The notes beneath the pieces are model-generated. The model was not told the DNA's origin, did no database searches, and was given only the letters and a program-made list of their open reading frames with translations. A stretch of 64,000 bases of DNA from Nitrospirota bacterium. Its GTDB lineage: Bacteria; Nitrospirota; Thermodesulfovibrionia; Thermodesulfovibrionales; Dissulfurispiraceae. Both the position numbers and the translations under genes were made by a program. Positions 1 to 9,809 of the stretch are shown here, piece by piece (position 1 is the stretch's first letter; each line of letters begins with the position of its first letter). The stretch spans positions 1,632,001 to 1,696,000 of the forward strand of contig CAWBMP010000004.1 in assembly GCA_963790025.1 (NCBI GenBank), written 5' to 3'.

Positions 1-1
1 G

Positions 2-265
2 GGAGAAGAACATCCATTTTTGGGAAAGGAGCTTGCGCAGCCAAAACGGTACAGCGAGCAAATGGCATGGCTCATGGACGAGGAAATACGGCAGCTCATG
101 GTTGATGCTGAAGCAAAAGCGGATGAAATTTTGAAGAATAACCGCCACACCCTTGACCGCCTGGCAGAAGCCCTTATACAGGAAGAGGTCCTGGATAAAA
201 ACGATGTTGAGCGGATAGTCAGGGAATCAAAAGCAGAATCCGGGGCGAAAGGCCAAAAAGGATAA
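2..265 (+). CDS. ftsH: ATP-dependent zinc metalloprotease FtsH, C-terminal end (partial, runs in from the window edge)
   Basis: Frame reads GEEHPFLGKELAQPKRYSEQMAWLMDEEIRQL...LDRLAEALIQEEVLD, typical of the peptidase M41 C-terminal region. Confidence 0.85.
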   Translation, partial: GEEHPFLGKELAQPKRYSEQMAWLMDEEIRQLMVDAEAKADEILKNNRHTLDRLAEALIQEEVLDKNDVERIVRESKAESGAKGQKG

Positions 266-266
266 T

Positions 267-809
267 ATGGACAGCAAACAAACTCTGGCGTTTGTGGGCG
301 ATTCGCTGACGGAGTATTTCGACTGGCAGGAGCGGTTCCCGGCATGCAAGGTTTTCAATATGGGAATAGCCGGGGAAACGGTTGAAGAACTGCTGGAACG
401 CACGGACAGAATACAGCTCACAATTGTCAATTCGGGTCTGAACGCCGATTTTATTTTTGTTATGACCGGTGCTAACAACATAGCAATGGAAGACTACGAT
501 ATAATTGCCCGCTACAAGGAAGTTATCACTGCCATAGCCGGTTCTTTCAGCAAGTCAAAATTAGTGATACAGAGTATTTTGCCGGTAAGTTTTCCCTGGA
601 TCGATAACACAATTATAAGGCAACTCAATGAATCGCTCAGGCAGATGGCGAAAGACTTTAAGGCGGAATACCTCGATCTGTATAGTCTCTTTATAAAACC
701 CGGGGCCGGACCGGTAAGAGAGTACCTGCTCGATGACGGCATTCACGTTAGCGATAAAGGATATGAGGTGTGGTCAGGAGCGGTAGAGGACTTCCTGGAG
801 CACCGTTGA
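267..809 (+). CDS. GDSL/SGNH-family lipase/esterase
   Basis: FVGDSLT block I, NMGIAGET block II, GANN block III, DGIH block V. Confidence 0.9.
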   Translation: MDSKQTLAFVGDSLTEYFDWQERFPACKVFNMGIAGETVEELLERTDRIQLTIVNSGLNADFIFVMTGANNIAMEDYDIIARYKEVITAIAGSFSKSKLVIQSILPVSFPWIDNTIIRQLNESLRQMAKDFKAEYLDLYSLFIKPGAGPVREYLLDDGIHVSDKGYEVWSGAVEDFLEHR

Positions 810-894
810 ATATACAGGGCAGGAAGATCGTGCTGGTCATCGCCGAACCAATGCTGATGAAATCCTATGACATGGTCTCCGCTTTTACACAAGA

Positions 895-1728
895 TTATTC
901 GTGCAGCAGCAATTCAAGCAATCTGTCCAGTTCTTCCAGAGAATAGTATTCGATCTCTATTTTACCCCTCTGGTCCCTGTGCTGGATTCTCACTTTTGTT
1001 CCGAGTGACTGTATGAGCCTGTTTTCGAGATCTGCAACTTCCGGGAGTTTCTCCTTGTTCTTTTTTACTTTGAGTTGGGCAGGCCCGGACAATTTTTTGC
1101 TCAAGGCCTCAGTCGCCCGTACGCTCAATCCACTGCGTATAATTTCCCGCGCCGCTTCGATTTGCTTCTGTTTCCCTTCTATGGCAAGCAGTGCCTTGGC
1201 ATGCCCCATTGACAGACTGGATTCGTTAATGAGGGCCTTTATCTCATCAGGCAGCTTGAGGATGCGCAGATAATTGGCAACGGTCGCGCGGTCCTTGCCC
1301 ACACGCTGTGACAGGACCTCCTGTGTAAGATTAAAATCTCTTGAAAGGCGATTCAGGGCCTCGGCGGTCTCAATAGGGTTTAGATCTTCGCGCTGGATAT
1401 TTTCTATGAGGGCCATTTCTATAGCGTCCTCGGAAGACACCTCTTTTATAAGTGCCGGGATCTTTCTCAGGCCGGCCAGGTGCGCCGCACGCCATCTCCG
1501 CTCTCCGGCAATCAGCTTGAAGGTCCCGTCTCCCACCCGCGATACCAGCACCGGCTGGAGCACCCCTTTTTCCTTTATAGAAGCCGAAAGGTCTTGCAGC
1601 GCATCATCCCTGAAAATCTTTCTCGGCTGGTATTCATTGGCCAGGATTTTCTCAATATCAATTTTGATTACCTCATCGCCCTTTTCAGGCAGCAGCGCCT
1701 CAAGCCCCTTGCCTAGTGCCGTTTTCAT
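895..1728 (-). CDS. parB: Chromosome partitioning protein ParB/Spo0J
   Basis: N-terminal LGKGLEALL, IAGERRWRAA Arg patch, ENIQREDLNPIE, HTH; overlaps the parA 3' end. Confidence 0.97.
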   Translation of the reverse strand: MKTALGKGLEALLPEKGDEVIKIDIEKILANEYQPRKIFRDDALQDLSASIKEKGVLQPVLVSRVGDGTFKLIAGERRWRAAHLAGLRKIPALIKEVSSEDAIEMALIENIQREDLNPIETAEALNRLSRDFNLTQEVLSQRVGKDRATVANYLRILKLPDEIKALINESSLSMGHAKALLAIEGKQKQIEAAREIIRSGLSVRATEALSKKLSGPAQLKVKKNKEKLPEVADLENRLIQSLGTKVRIQHRDQRGKIEIEYYSLEELDRLLELLLHE

Positions 1729-2479
1729 TCAACATCTCCTTTGCAAGCGCTAGGTAGCTCTGGGCCCCTTTTGAGCGTGCATCATAGAGTATCGCCGGCT
1801 TGCCGTGGCTCGGCGCCTCGCTTAGCGTAACGTTCCGGGGAATCAGAGTGTCATATACCTTATCGCTGAAAAATTTCCTCACTTCCTGAACAACCTGGTG
1901 AGAGAGGGTGTTTCTGGAGTCGAACATTGTAAGGAGTATCCCCTCGATATCGAGTTCAGGATTGAACGAACCGCGTATCAGTTTAAGCGTTCTTGAGAGC
2001 AAGCCGAGCCCTTCGAGGGAATAATACTCGCACTGTACGGGAACGAGCACGGAATCTGCGGCAACAAGACCATTAAGCGTCAGCAGGCCGAGAGAGGGAG
2101 GGCAGTCGATGAAGATATACCGGTACTTGTGCTTTATTTTTTCTATTTCAGCGGAAAGGATCCTTTCACGTCCCTCTTTTTGTACCAGTTCTATTTCAGC
2201 GCCGAGAAGGTCTATAGTAGATGGGACGATAAACAGGTGCGGCACCTCGGTCCCGATGATGACCTCTTCGAGCGGGACCTTGCCGGCATATACGTCGTAA
2301 AGGCTCTTTTCCAGGGCGTCCCGGTTAATGCCGAGCCCGCTTGTCAGGTTGCCCTGCGGGTCGGTGTCGATCACGAGAATATCTTTTTCGGCAAGGGCAA
2401 GAGAGGCCGACAAATTGATTGTTGTCGTCGTTTTCCCGACCCCCCCTTTTTGATTGGCTATTACAATTATTCTTCCCAT
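1700..2479 (-). CDS. parA: Chromosome partitioning ATPase ParA/Soj
   Basis: Deviant Walker A NQKGGVGKTT, DTDPQGN, DCPPSLG, SEAPSHG. Confidence 0.97.
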   Translation of the reverse strand: MGRIIVIANQKGGVGKTTTTINLSASLALAEKDILVIDTDPQGNLTSGLGINRDALEKSLYDVYAGKVPLEEVIIGTEVPHLFIVPSTIDLLGAEIELVQKEGRERILSAEIEKIKHKYRYIFIDCPPSLGLLTLNGLVAADSVLVPVQCEYYSLEGLGLLSRTLKLIRGSFNPELDIEGILLTMFDSRNTLSHQVVQEVRKFFSDKVYDTLIPRNVTLSEAPSHGKPAILYDARSKGAQSYLALAKEMLNENGTRQGA

Positions 2480-2552
2480 AGAGTAATTATTGTATCATTT
2501 TTTTAAAGCATGAAGGATGAATTACTTTCTGTCTCTCCTGCCGGATACTTGC

Positions 2553-4334
2553 CTATTGCTGTACTTGCTTCATAAAATCCAGCCATATGGGCAGCGCAGC
2601 CTGCGCACCGGTCTCCTTGCGCCCTATAGGTTTGTGGTTGTCCCGGCCCACCCATACGCCGACAACGAGCTTGTCGTCGAATCCTATGAACCACGCATCG
2701 GAGAACTCGTTAGTCGTGCCTGTCTTGCCGTAAACCATCCTGTTAAGCTCTTTTGCTTTAACGGCGGTGCCCGATTCGACGACAGCACGCAGGAGCTCTT
2801 TCATTTTGTCCATGGTCTCCTGGGGAAGCACTTCCTCCGAGGAGGGGTGCACCTCCTCGAGAGGGACACCATCCCTGTTCAGTATCCTGGTATACGTCCT
2901 GGTGTCGGTCCTTCTGCCGGTCGCAAATACTCCATAGGCAGAGGTCAAATCCAGCAGTGTCACATCGGAAGCACCGAGGGCTATCGGCAAATAGGGCTGG
3001 AGAGTGCTTCTAATCCCGCAGCGCCTGGCAAGCGCTATTATTTTCTGGATACCAATATCATGTGCGAGGCGTACTGTGGCAGAGTTTAACGAAAGGGCGA
3101 TTGCTGTTTTCAAGGGAACGTAACCGTGGAACCGGTTATCATAATTTTTGGGTGACCAAGTGGAGTCAGGCGTTGCTCCGGGAAAGGAAATGGGTTCATC
3201 AAGGATTTCATCATCCGTAGACATCCCTGTTTCGAGGGCAGTTGCATAAACGAACGGTTTGAATGCTGAGCCGGGCTGTCGCAGGGCGAGGGTTGCCCTG
3301 TTGAACTGTGTTTCCCAGAAATCAGTGCCGCCAACCAGCGCTTTTATGTCTCCGTCACGCGGATCTATGACTATCAAGGCAGCCTGGACCCCGGGTTTTA
3401 CACGTTTTTCTGCAAGGGCAATGCCGTCCTTCACGGCATCTTCAGCGATCTTTTGCAGGGAGTAGTCGATGGTAGAGTATATCCTGAGACCCGAAGTATA
3501 AAGTTTATCGCCGTATCGTGCTTCGAGCTGTTGTCTCACGGTCTCAACAAAATAGGGGGCCTCGTATTTTCTGTGGTGGGGTGCAGTGGGCAGCGGCTCT
3601 TCGTTGGCCAGGCGGTATTCCTCCGTGGATATGAAGCCGTTTTCAAGCATCTTTCTTAAAACGAGCTGTCTCCGAAGCGACGTTTTTTCGGAGTTTTTGA
3701 ATGGGGAGTATGTTGCAGGAGCACGCTGCAATCCCGCAAGCATTGCGGCTTCGGCAATTGTCACATCACTTATGGGCTTGCCGAAATAAGTCTGGGTAGC
3801 GGCCTCTATGCCGTATGCACGCGCCCCGAAATATGCCTTGTTTAGATACATACCAAGTATCTCGTCTTTGGTATAACGTTTTTCGATCTGCACCGAAATG
3901 ACGGCCTCTTTTATTTTTCGCGCAAGGCTCCTTTCCGGATTGAGGAAGAGCATCTTGGTCAATTGCTGGGTGATGGTGCTTCCGCCTTCGACAATGCTCT
4001 TTGCCATAATGTCCCTGTAGAGCGCGCGGAGGATCCCTATCAAATCTACGCCGGGGTGGGAGTAAAACCGCTGGTCTTCTATCGCGATGAAGGCTTTTTT
4101 TACGATGCCGGGGATATCGTAATGCTGGATGAAGTTTCTTCTCTCCAGATAGAATTCAGCCAGCACTTTACCGTCGGCGGAATAGACGAACGAAGACTCC
4201 ATTGGGGTGTATCTCTCAAGGGACCTGACTTCAGGCAGATCCGAAAGGCCCCAATAGACAAAGCCGCCAAATGCACCGAGGGTCATTGAAAGCAGGGCGA
4301 CTACAATAAACCTTTGCCACTTAAAAGACGACAT
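2553..4334 (-). CDS. Class A penicillin-binding protein (PBP1A family)
   Basis: N-terminal TM segment, transglycosylase EDQRFYSH and GGSTITQQL, transpeptidase SAFK, SLN and KTGT motifs. Confidence 0.95.
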   Translation of the reverse strand: MSSFKWQRFIVVALLSMTLGAFGGFVYWGLSDLPEVRSLERYTPMESSFVYSADGKVLAEFYLERRNFIQHYDIPGIVKKAFIAIEDQRFYSHPGVDLIGILRALYRDIMAKSIVEGGSTITQQLTKMLFLNPERSLARKIKEAVISVQIEKRYTKDEILGMYLNKAYFGARAYGIEAATQTYFGKPISDVTIAEAAMLAGLQRAPATYSPFKNSEKTSLRRQLVLRKMLENGFISTEEYRLANEEPLPTAPHHRKYEAPYFVETVRQQLEARYGDKLYTSGLRIYSTIDYSLQKIAEDAVKDGIALAEKRVKPGVQAALIVIDPRDGDIKALVGGTDFWETQFNRATLALRQPGSAFKPFVYATALETGMSTDDEILDEPISFPGATPDSTWSPKNYDNRFHGYVPLKTAIALSLNSATVRLAHDIGIQKIIALARRCGIRSTLQPYLPIALGASDVTLLDLTSAYGVFATGRRTDTRTYTRILNRDGVPLEEVHPSSEEVLPQETMDKMKELLRAVVESGTAVKAKELNRMVYGKTGTTNEFSDAWFIGFDDKLVVGVWVGRDNHKPIGRKETGAQAALPIWLDFMKQVQQ

Positions 4335-4423
4335 ACTATAAATGTATTATAACAGCAAAGCAACAAAACATGAGAAATCATATCGGGAATAGCTGATAAC
4401 TGTCAGGACATCACAGCATATTC

Positions 4424-4452
4424 TTGACAAACGTCCTTCATTGTTTTAGTCT
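4424..4452 (+). promoter_or_regulatory. Sigma70-type promoter for the receiver-LpxC gene
   Basis: TTGACA-17 nt-TAGTCT, bracketed by the inverted pair GTCAGGA (4402) / TCCTGAC (4454). Confidence 0.5.
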
Positions 4453-4494
4453 ATCCTGACTTCAGACCGAGAGGAACATCAGGCATAACCGTAT

Positions 4495-5841
4495 ATGAAC
4501 CCTATCTTTATAGTAGACGACGAGTCTTCCATCTGTTCCACCATAGCGGACATCCTGAATGACGAGGGGTATCAGACCATCGTATTTCCGGATGCTGAGA
4601 CTGAGAGCCTGTGGCAGAGGCTCGACGCCATGGAACCCTCTCTCGTCCTGTTGGATGTCTGGCTCCCGGGCATGGACGGCATGCAAATCCTGAAACGTCT
4701 GCATGAACGCTTCCCCGAGCTCCCCGTTATCATGATGAGCGGTCATGCCGGTATCGAGGCGGCAGTTGCCGCCATAAAGGCCGGCGCCTACGATTTCCTG
4801 GAAAAACCCCTTCATCTGGAAGTTTTACTCGACAAGGTGGCGTCCGCCCTTAAGCACCGGCCATCCAGGAGCGGTGTGACCCTGCCCTCGGATACCGGGC
4901 TTGAGATCGTCAGTGCCGACCTCCCGATGCAGGCGGGGCTGGCGGAAGTGGTGGATTCCTCTGTGCCTCAGCGCACGCTCAGAAGAAATGTACTCCTGAA
5001 CGGGATAGGGCTCCTGAGCGGCCGGAACACCGGCGTCATTTTGAGCCCTCTCGGGACCAACGAAGGGATCATCTTTCAAACTCTCGACGGTAATACCATT
5101 CGTGGACATATCACCTCCCTTGAGGATTTTTCCCGGACTGCATCACCGAAAACCTTCTTTGCCAACTCTACGACCCTGGACAACGGCAGGCAGCGGGTGC
5201 GCACAGTTGAACATCTGATGGCAGTTCTTTCCATGTACGGTATAACCAACGTGCTCATAAAGACTGAAGCGGAGATACCGAATATAGACGGCTCCGCCAA
5301 GGATTTCTGCGACCTCATTGAAGAGGCAGGGATAGAGGAACAGCCCGCCTTAACCAGGGTTGCGGTCATTCGCGGGAAGATCGGAGTGGGTCACGAGGAG
5401 ACGCACGAAAAATATCTCTATGCGGAGCCCTTTGAGGGGTTCGAAATATCAATGAGGGTTGAATATCCGCTGCCCATAGGCGAACAGATACTCACATTCA
5501 ATCCTGAAAGCGGGTCTTTTGCAGAGGAGATAGCCCCTGCCCGCTCCTTCAACACCTTTGAGAATATCGAAATGGCCCAGAAGCTTGGAAAGGTCGGAGG
5601 CGGATATCTTCATTCCCACATCATCATGTACGACGGCAAGGTCATCAATACGGAGCTTCGTTATCCCGACGAATTCGTCCGCCACAAGATATTGGACCTG
5701 ATCGGAGACCTCTATCTCCTCGGCCTGCCCATCAGAGGACGCATTATTGCCAACATGACCTCACATGGATACAATCATGCCCTGGTGGAACGCCTGTACC
5801 ATGCTGTGCAGAGCAGCGCCAAAAGCAGGCAGACCGGGTAG
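4495..5841 (+). CDS. lpxC: Response-regulator receiver domain fused to an LpxC-family UDP-3-O-acyl-GlcNAc deacetylase
   Basis: aa1-120 NtrC/NtrX-like receiver (VDDE, LLDVWLPGMDG, MMSGH, FLEKP); C-terminal part has QRTL..GIGL, TVEHLMA, PNIDGSA, EIAPARSF, RHKILDLIGDL. Confidence 0.88.
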   Translation: MNPIFIVDDESSICSTIADILNDEGYQTIVFPDAETESLWQRLDAMEPSLVLLDVWLPGMDGMQILKRLHERFPELPVIMMSGHAGIEAAVAAIKAGAYDFLEKPLHLEVLLDKVASALKHRPSRSGVTLPSDTGLEIVSADLPMQAGLAEVVDSSVPQRTLRRNVLLNGIGLLSGRNTGVILSPLGTNEGIIFQTLDGNTIRGHITSLEDFSRTASPKTFFANSTTLDNGRQRVRTVEHLMAVLSMYGITNVLIKTEAEIPNIDGSAKDFCDLIEEAGIEEQPALTRVAVIRGKIGVGHEETHEKYLYAEPFEGFEISMRVEYPLPIGEQILTFNPESGSFAEEIAPARSFNTFENIEMAQKLGKVGGGYLHSHIIMYDGKVINTELRYPDEFVRHKILDLIGDLYLLGLPIRGRIIANMTSHGYNHALVERLYHAVQSSAKSRQTG

Positions 5842-5916
5842 GGCCGGGCGAAACCCTCTCCCCTCCGACGTGCAAATTGGGTTCTCTACTGCGCTGATAT
5901 ATTGATATGATATAGT

Positions 5917-7686
5917 ATGCGTATGGTTGCAGAACTTTCAAATGTCCCGCGAAGGCCGGGTGTATATATTTTCAAAGGGCAGAGGGAGAAGATCCTTTAT
6001 GTCGGCAAGGCAAAAAACCTGAGAAACCGTTTGCGAAGCTATTTCCAGGGATCTGCCAACCTCGACCCCCGTAAAACGGCAATGGTGAGGCTGATTAAAG
6101 ATTTTTCCTATATCGTTACAGACAACGAACTCGAAGCGCTCATTCTTGAGGCAAGCCTTATCAAACAACATAAACCGAATTTCAATATTATCCTGAGGGA
6201 TGACAAGAATTATCCGTATATCAAATTGACTATGACCGAAGAGTGGCCGAGAGTCGATGTTGTGCGGGGAATAAAACGGGACGGAAACCTTTATTTCGGA
6301 CCGTATATACCTGCACAGGCGATGTGGGAGGCCCTGGCCTTTATCAGAAGAAATTTTCCTATCAGGCCCTGCAACTACTCTCTTGACAGGTCGTTGCGGC
6401 CCTGTATTCAGTACGATATGAAAAAATGTCCGGCGCCGTGTGCGGGAAAAATCAGTAAAGAGGAGTACATGGGCGTTGTAGAGGACGTGAAGCTTTTCCT
6501 CTCGGGCGAGAAAAAGGAGTTATTGCAAAATCTGGAGAACAAAATGTATGTTTACTCCGGCCAGATGCGCTACGAGGAGGCCGCCCAGGTAAGGGACAGC
6601 ATCGGCAGGCTGCAGCGTGCCTTTGAATCTCAGAAAGTCATAGCTCCGGAACTCGGGGACCACGATATTATCGGCTTCTGCCGTGATGGTGATATGGCAG
6701 CAATAAATATCCTGTTTCTGAGAAAGGGAATTTTAATCGGCTCAAAGGACTTTTTCCTTGAAAAAGTGCTCGAGTCAAAAGAGCAGGAGATAATGAAGAG
6801 CGTGATAGAGCTGTTTTACGCGAAGGACATTATTCCACCTCCGAGTATTCTGGTCGGTGTTCTGCCTGTTGACAGGGAGTCTTTGAAGACCTGGCTCAGG
6901 GATAAACGGGATGGGAACGTCAATATAGAGGTGCCCCGGCGCGGCAAAAAGCGCGACCTGCTGAAGATGTCTGATGAAAACGCAAGGTTCCACCTTGAGG
7001 TCAAAAGAAAATCGGCAGGTGGTGACAGCATGGCAAAATTGCGGGAGAAATTGTTCCTCGCGCAGGAGCCTGTATCAATCGGGGCTTTTGATGTTTCTAC
7101 CATCCAGGGCAGTGAATCGGTGGGCGCTTTTATTTTCTGGGAGCATGGTGCATTCAAAAAAGCACTTTACAGACATCTCAGGATAAAAGAAACTCAGGGC
7201 GTGGATGACTATGCCATGATTAGAGAGATTGTCCTACGGACTCTGAAAAACCTGGACGACAAGGCGCCTGACCTTATCGTCATTGATGGTGGAAAAGGAC
7301 AGCTCGATGTCGCGCGTAAGGCCATGGAAGAGACCGGCGTTATGAAAGACATTATCGGTATTGCAAAAGAACCTGACAGGGCCTTTCTCGTGAACGGCGG
7401 GATTGTCGACCTGGAAGATAAAAACAAGGAATCATTACTGCTCAAAAAAATCAGGGATGAAGTCCACAGGTTTGCCATCACCTTCCACAGGAAATTAAGG
7501 GACAAGAAGCTCCTGGATTCGCCGCTTACACGGATTCCCGGCATAGGCAAAAAGCGGAGGCTCGAACTCCTGAGACGTTTCGGCAGCCTCGATGGGATCA
7601 GATACGCGACTACCGACGACATCCTGACTATCAAAGGGTTCAACAGGAAAATTGCCGAACGGCTCAAAGAAGAACTGAGGAGGTAG
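5917..7686 (+). CDS. uvrC: Excinuclease ABC subunit C
   Basis: GIY-YIG (PGVY..YVGKAKNLRNR), DDKNYPY, DGGKGQ, IRDEVHRFAITFH, C-terminal HhH. Confidence 0.98.
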   Translation: MRMVAELSNVPRRPGVYIFKGQREKILYVGKAKNLRNRLRSYFQGSANLDPRKTAMVRLIKDFSYIVTDNELEALILEASLIKQHKPNFNIILRDDKNYPYIKLTMTEEWPRVDVVRGIKRDGNLYFGPYIPAQAMWEALAFIRRNFPIRPCNYSLDRSLRPCIQYDMKKCPAPCAGKISKEEYMGVVEDVKLFLSGEKKELLQNLENKMYVYSGQMRYEEAAQVRDSIGRLQRAFESQKVIAPELGDHDIIGFCRDGDMAAINILFLRKGILIGSKDFFLEKVLESKEQEIMKSVIELFYAKDIIPPPSILVGVLPVDRESLKTWLRDKRDGNVNIEVPRRGKKRDLLKMSDENARFHLEVKRKSAGGDSMAKLREKLFLAQEPVSIGAFDVSTIQGSESVGAFIFWEHGAFKKALYRHLRIKETQGVDDYAMIREIVLRTLKNLDDKAPDLIVIDGGKGQLDVARKAMEETGVMKDIIGIAKEPDRAFLVNGGIVDLEDKNKESLLLKKIRDEVHRFAITFHRKLRDKKLLDSPLTRIPGIGKKRRLELLRRFGSLDGIRYATTDDILTIKGFNRKIAERLKEELRR

Positions 7687-7687
7687 T

Positions 7688-8620
7688 ATGAATATTTATA
7701 TTTCAGGTTCGCTCGCATATGACCGGATTATGGATTTCCCCGGAAAATTTTCCGACCACATCCTGCCCGATAAAATTCACATCCTCAATGTCTGTTTTAC
7801 TGTTAACGGTATGATAGAAAAGTTTGGGGGAACTGCAGGCAACATCGCTTACTCTTTGAGCCTGCTTAATGAAAAGCCGCGCATTCTCGCTACTATCGGC
7901 AAGGATTACAGCAGCTATTTCGAATGGCTGCAGAACAATAAGATTTCAGTGGAAGGAATAAAGGTCATACCTGAAGAGTTTACCGCAGGGGCTTATATAA
8001 CGACGGACCGGTCCGACAACCAGATAACGGGATTCAACCCCGGCGCTATGAAATACCCGTCGGGATATGATTTTAGCAGCGCAGAACCGGACGATTCCAT
8101 CGGCTTGATAGCACCGGGGAATCTGGCCGATATGATAGAGTATGCGAAGGCGTATAGACAAAGAGGAATACGGTATATTTGCGATCCGGGACAGTCGCTC
8201 ACAGCATGGGACGGCAAAGAGTTCATTGAGTGGGTCAGAGGATCGATGCTCCTGATTTCCAATGACTATGAGCTCGAAATGATAATGAACATGACCGGCA
8301 TGGACAAGAAGGCGCTGTTGAAATTGACAGGGGCCGTTATCACGACAATTGGCGAGAAGGGGTCTATTATCAGCACGCCGGCAGGCGACATAAGTGTGCC
8401 TGCGGCAAAAGTTGATTCCATTGTGGACCCGACTGGTGCAGGAGACGCTTACAGGGCCGGCCTTTTAAAAGGTCTCGTCACGGGTAAGGACCTTGATGCA
8501 GCGGCGAAGATCGGCGCCGTAACAGCCTCATATGCTGTCGAGAAATATGGTACGCAAGAGCATTACTATACCTATGATGATTTTGTCGAGCGGTACACGA
8601 GCAATTTCGGGAAACTGTAG
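7688..8620 (+). CDS. PfkB-family carbohydrate/nucleoside kinase (AdoK-like adenosine kinase)
   Basis: SGSLAYDRIMDFPGKF N-terminus as in the bacterial AdoK type, GGTAGN, DPTGAGDAYRAG. Confidence 0.9.
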   Translation: MNIYISGSLAYDRIMDFPGKFSDHILPDKIHILNVCFTVNGMIEKFGGTAGNIAYSLSLLNEKPRILATIGKDYSSYFEWLQNNKISVEGIKVIPEEFTAGAYITTDRSDNQITGFNPGAMKYPSGYDFSSAEPDDSIGLIAPGNLADMIEYAKAYRQRGIRYICDPGQSLTAWDGKEFIEWVRGSMLLISNDYELEMIMNMTGMDKKALLKLTGAVITTIGEKGSIISTPAGDISVPAAKVDSIVDPTGAGDAYRAGLLKGLVTGKDLDAAAKIGAVTASYAVEKYGTQEHYYTYDDFVERYTSNFGKL

Positions 8621-8622
8621 AG

Positions 8623-8684
8623 AGTGTAATGAAGGATGTATCTCTGAAGCGTCTGAGCGTAAGAGATACATCCTTCATTACACT
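8623..8684. repeat. Perfect 23-bp inverted repeat with a 16-nt loop
   Basis: AGTGTAATGAAGGATGTATCTCT (8623-8645) / AGAGATACATCCTTCATTACACT (8662-8684). Confidence 0.95.
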
Positions 8685-8723
8685 GCGATGGAAATGAAAG
8701 GGTGGTGTTTAAGAGGGTCTGCC

Positions 8724-9791
8724 ATGATCAATGAGGATGCGCTGAGGGCCTATCTTTTTAAAGAATTCAGTAATGCCGTTGCCGTGGACATCAGAAAACT
8801 CGGCTCCGGGGTGCAGGGCTCAGGCTTCCTGATAGAAGTGAAGATGCCCTCGGGGGTAAAGTCGTATGTAATAAAAACGCTTTTGTCCGAAGGTTTGGGG
8901 CATGACTATCCTTCCGACAGGGCTGCGGTATTTCTTCTCGACCTGGATGAATACAAAAACCTTCCGAGGCATGTTGTTGCAATAGATGTTCTTGCGGAGC
9001 ATGAGAACGGTTCCATACAATCAATAGGCGGAGGCAAAGAATACTATCTGCTGATGGAAAAGGTGGAGGGGGTTGACTATTTTGCCGATCTCGCCGGCTT
9101 TGAGGCCAAAGACCGGCTGAATGCCCTGGATATCGCCAAGATCAAATCTATGACTGCCTATCTTGCATCCATTCATTCCGTAAAAAAAGACGCACGGCAG
9201 CTTTATTGGAGAAAGATAAGAGACACTATCGGGCATGGAGAATGTCTGATGGGTGTGTTCGATACCTATCCTGATGGAGTTACGAGCTATGAAGAAATGG
9301 CCGAAGTGGAGAAGCTATGCATCGAGTGGAGGGCACGGCTGAAGCCCAAAGCATACCGGCTTTGCCAGATACATGGGGACTTTCATCCTGGGAATATATG
9401 GTTTAAAGATAGCAAAGGGCAAAGGGCTGTAGTCGAAAGCGATTTTGTGCTCCTGGACAGGAGCCGCGGTCCGTGGGGAGAAGCTGCCGATGATGTTACG
9501 GCACTAACAATAAATTACATCTTTTTTTCCCTGCGCGTTCACGGGAAAGTAACGGGGCCTTATCTGGAGGCCCTGCACCTGTTTTTCGATGAGTACCTGG
9601 CAGAGACCGGCGATCACGATCTGTTTGAAGTGCTGGCTCCCTTTTATGCGTTCAGGGGTGTGGTTGTTGCAAACCCGCTCTTTTACCCCGGTAACACCCA
9701 TGCAGTGCAGAGGAAACTTTTTGCATTCGTGCGGAACGTCTTGCTGGCCGACCGCTTCGAAATCGAAAAGATCAATAAGTATGTTGAATGA
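8724..9791 (+). CDS. Aminoglycoside-phosphotransferase/choline-kinase-like protein
   Basis: Gly-rich LGSGVQGSG, Brenner motif HGDFHPGN, LLDRSRG; start taken at ATG 8724 (MINEDAL) instead of the ORF-track start. Confidence 0.8.
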   Translation: MINEDALRAYLFKEFSNAVAVDIRKLGSGVQGSGFLIEVKMPSGVKSYVIKTLLSEGLGHDYPSDRAAVFLLDLDEYKNLPRHVVAIDVLAEHENGSIQSIGGGKEYYLLMEKVEGVDYFADLAGFEAKDRLNALDIAKIKSMTAYLASIHSVKKDARQLYWRKIRDTIGHGECLMGVFDTYPDGVTSYEEMAEVEKLCIEWRARLKPKAYRLCQIHGDFHPGNIWFKDSKGQRAVVESDFVLLDRSRGPWGEAADDVTALTINYIFFSLRVHGKVTGPYLEALHLFFDEYLAETGDHDLFEVLAPFYAFRGVVVANPLFYPGNTHAVQRKLFAFVRNVLLADRFEIEKINKYVE

Positions 9792-9809
9792 GCTGAAGAG
9801 TTGACGGTA

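Noticed and set aside
8532..8723. ORF-track N-terminal extensions (8532, 10889, 12957, 19809, 27403, 52055, 54293)
   Set aside because: They overlap neighbouring genes, repeats or promoters; downstream starts fit signal peptides, RBS or family N-termini better
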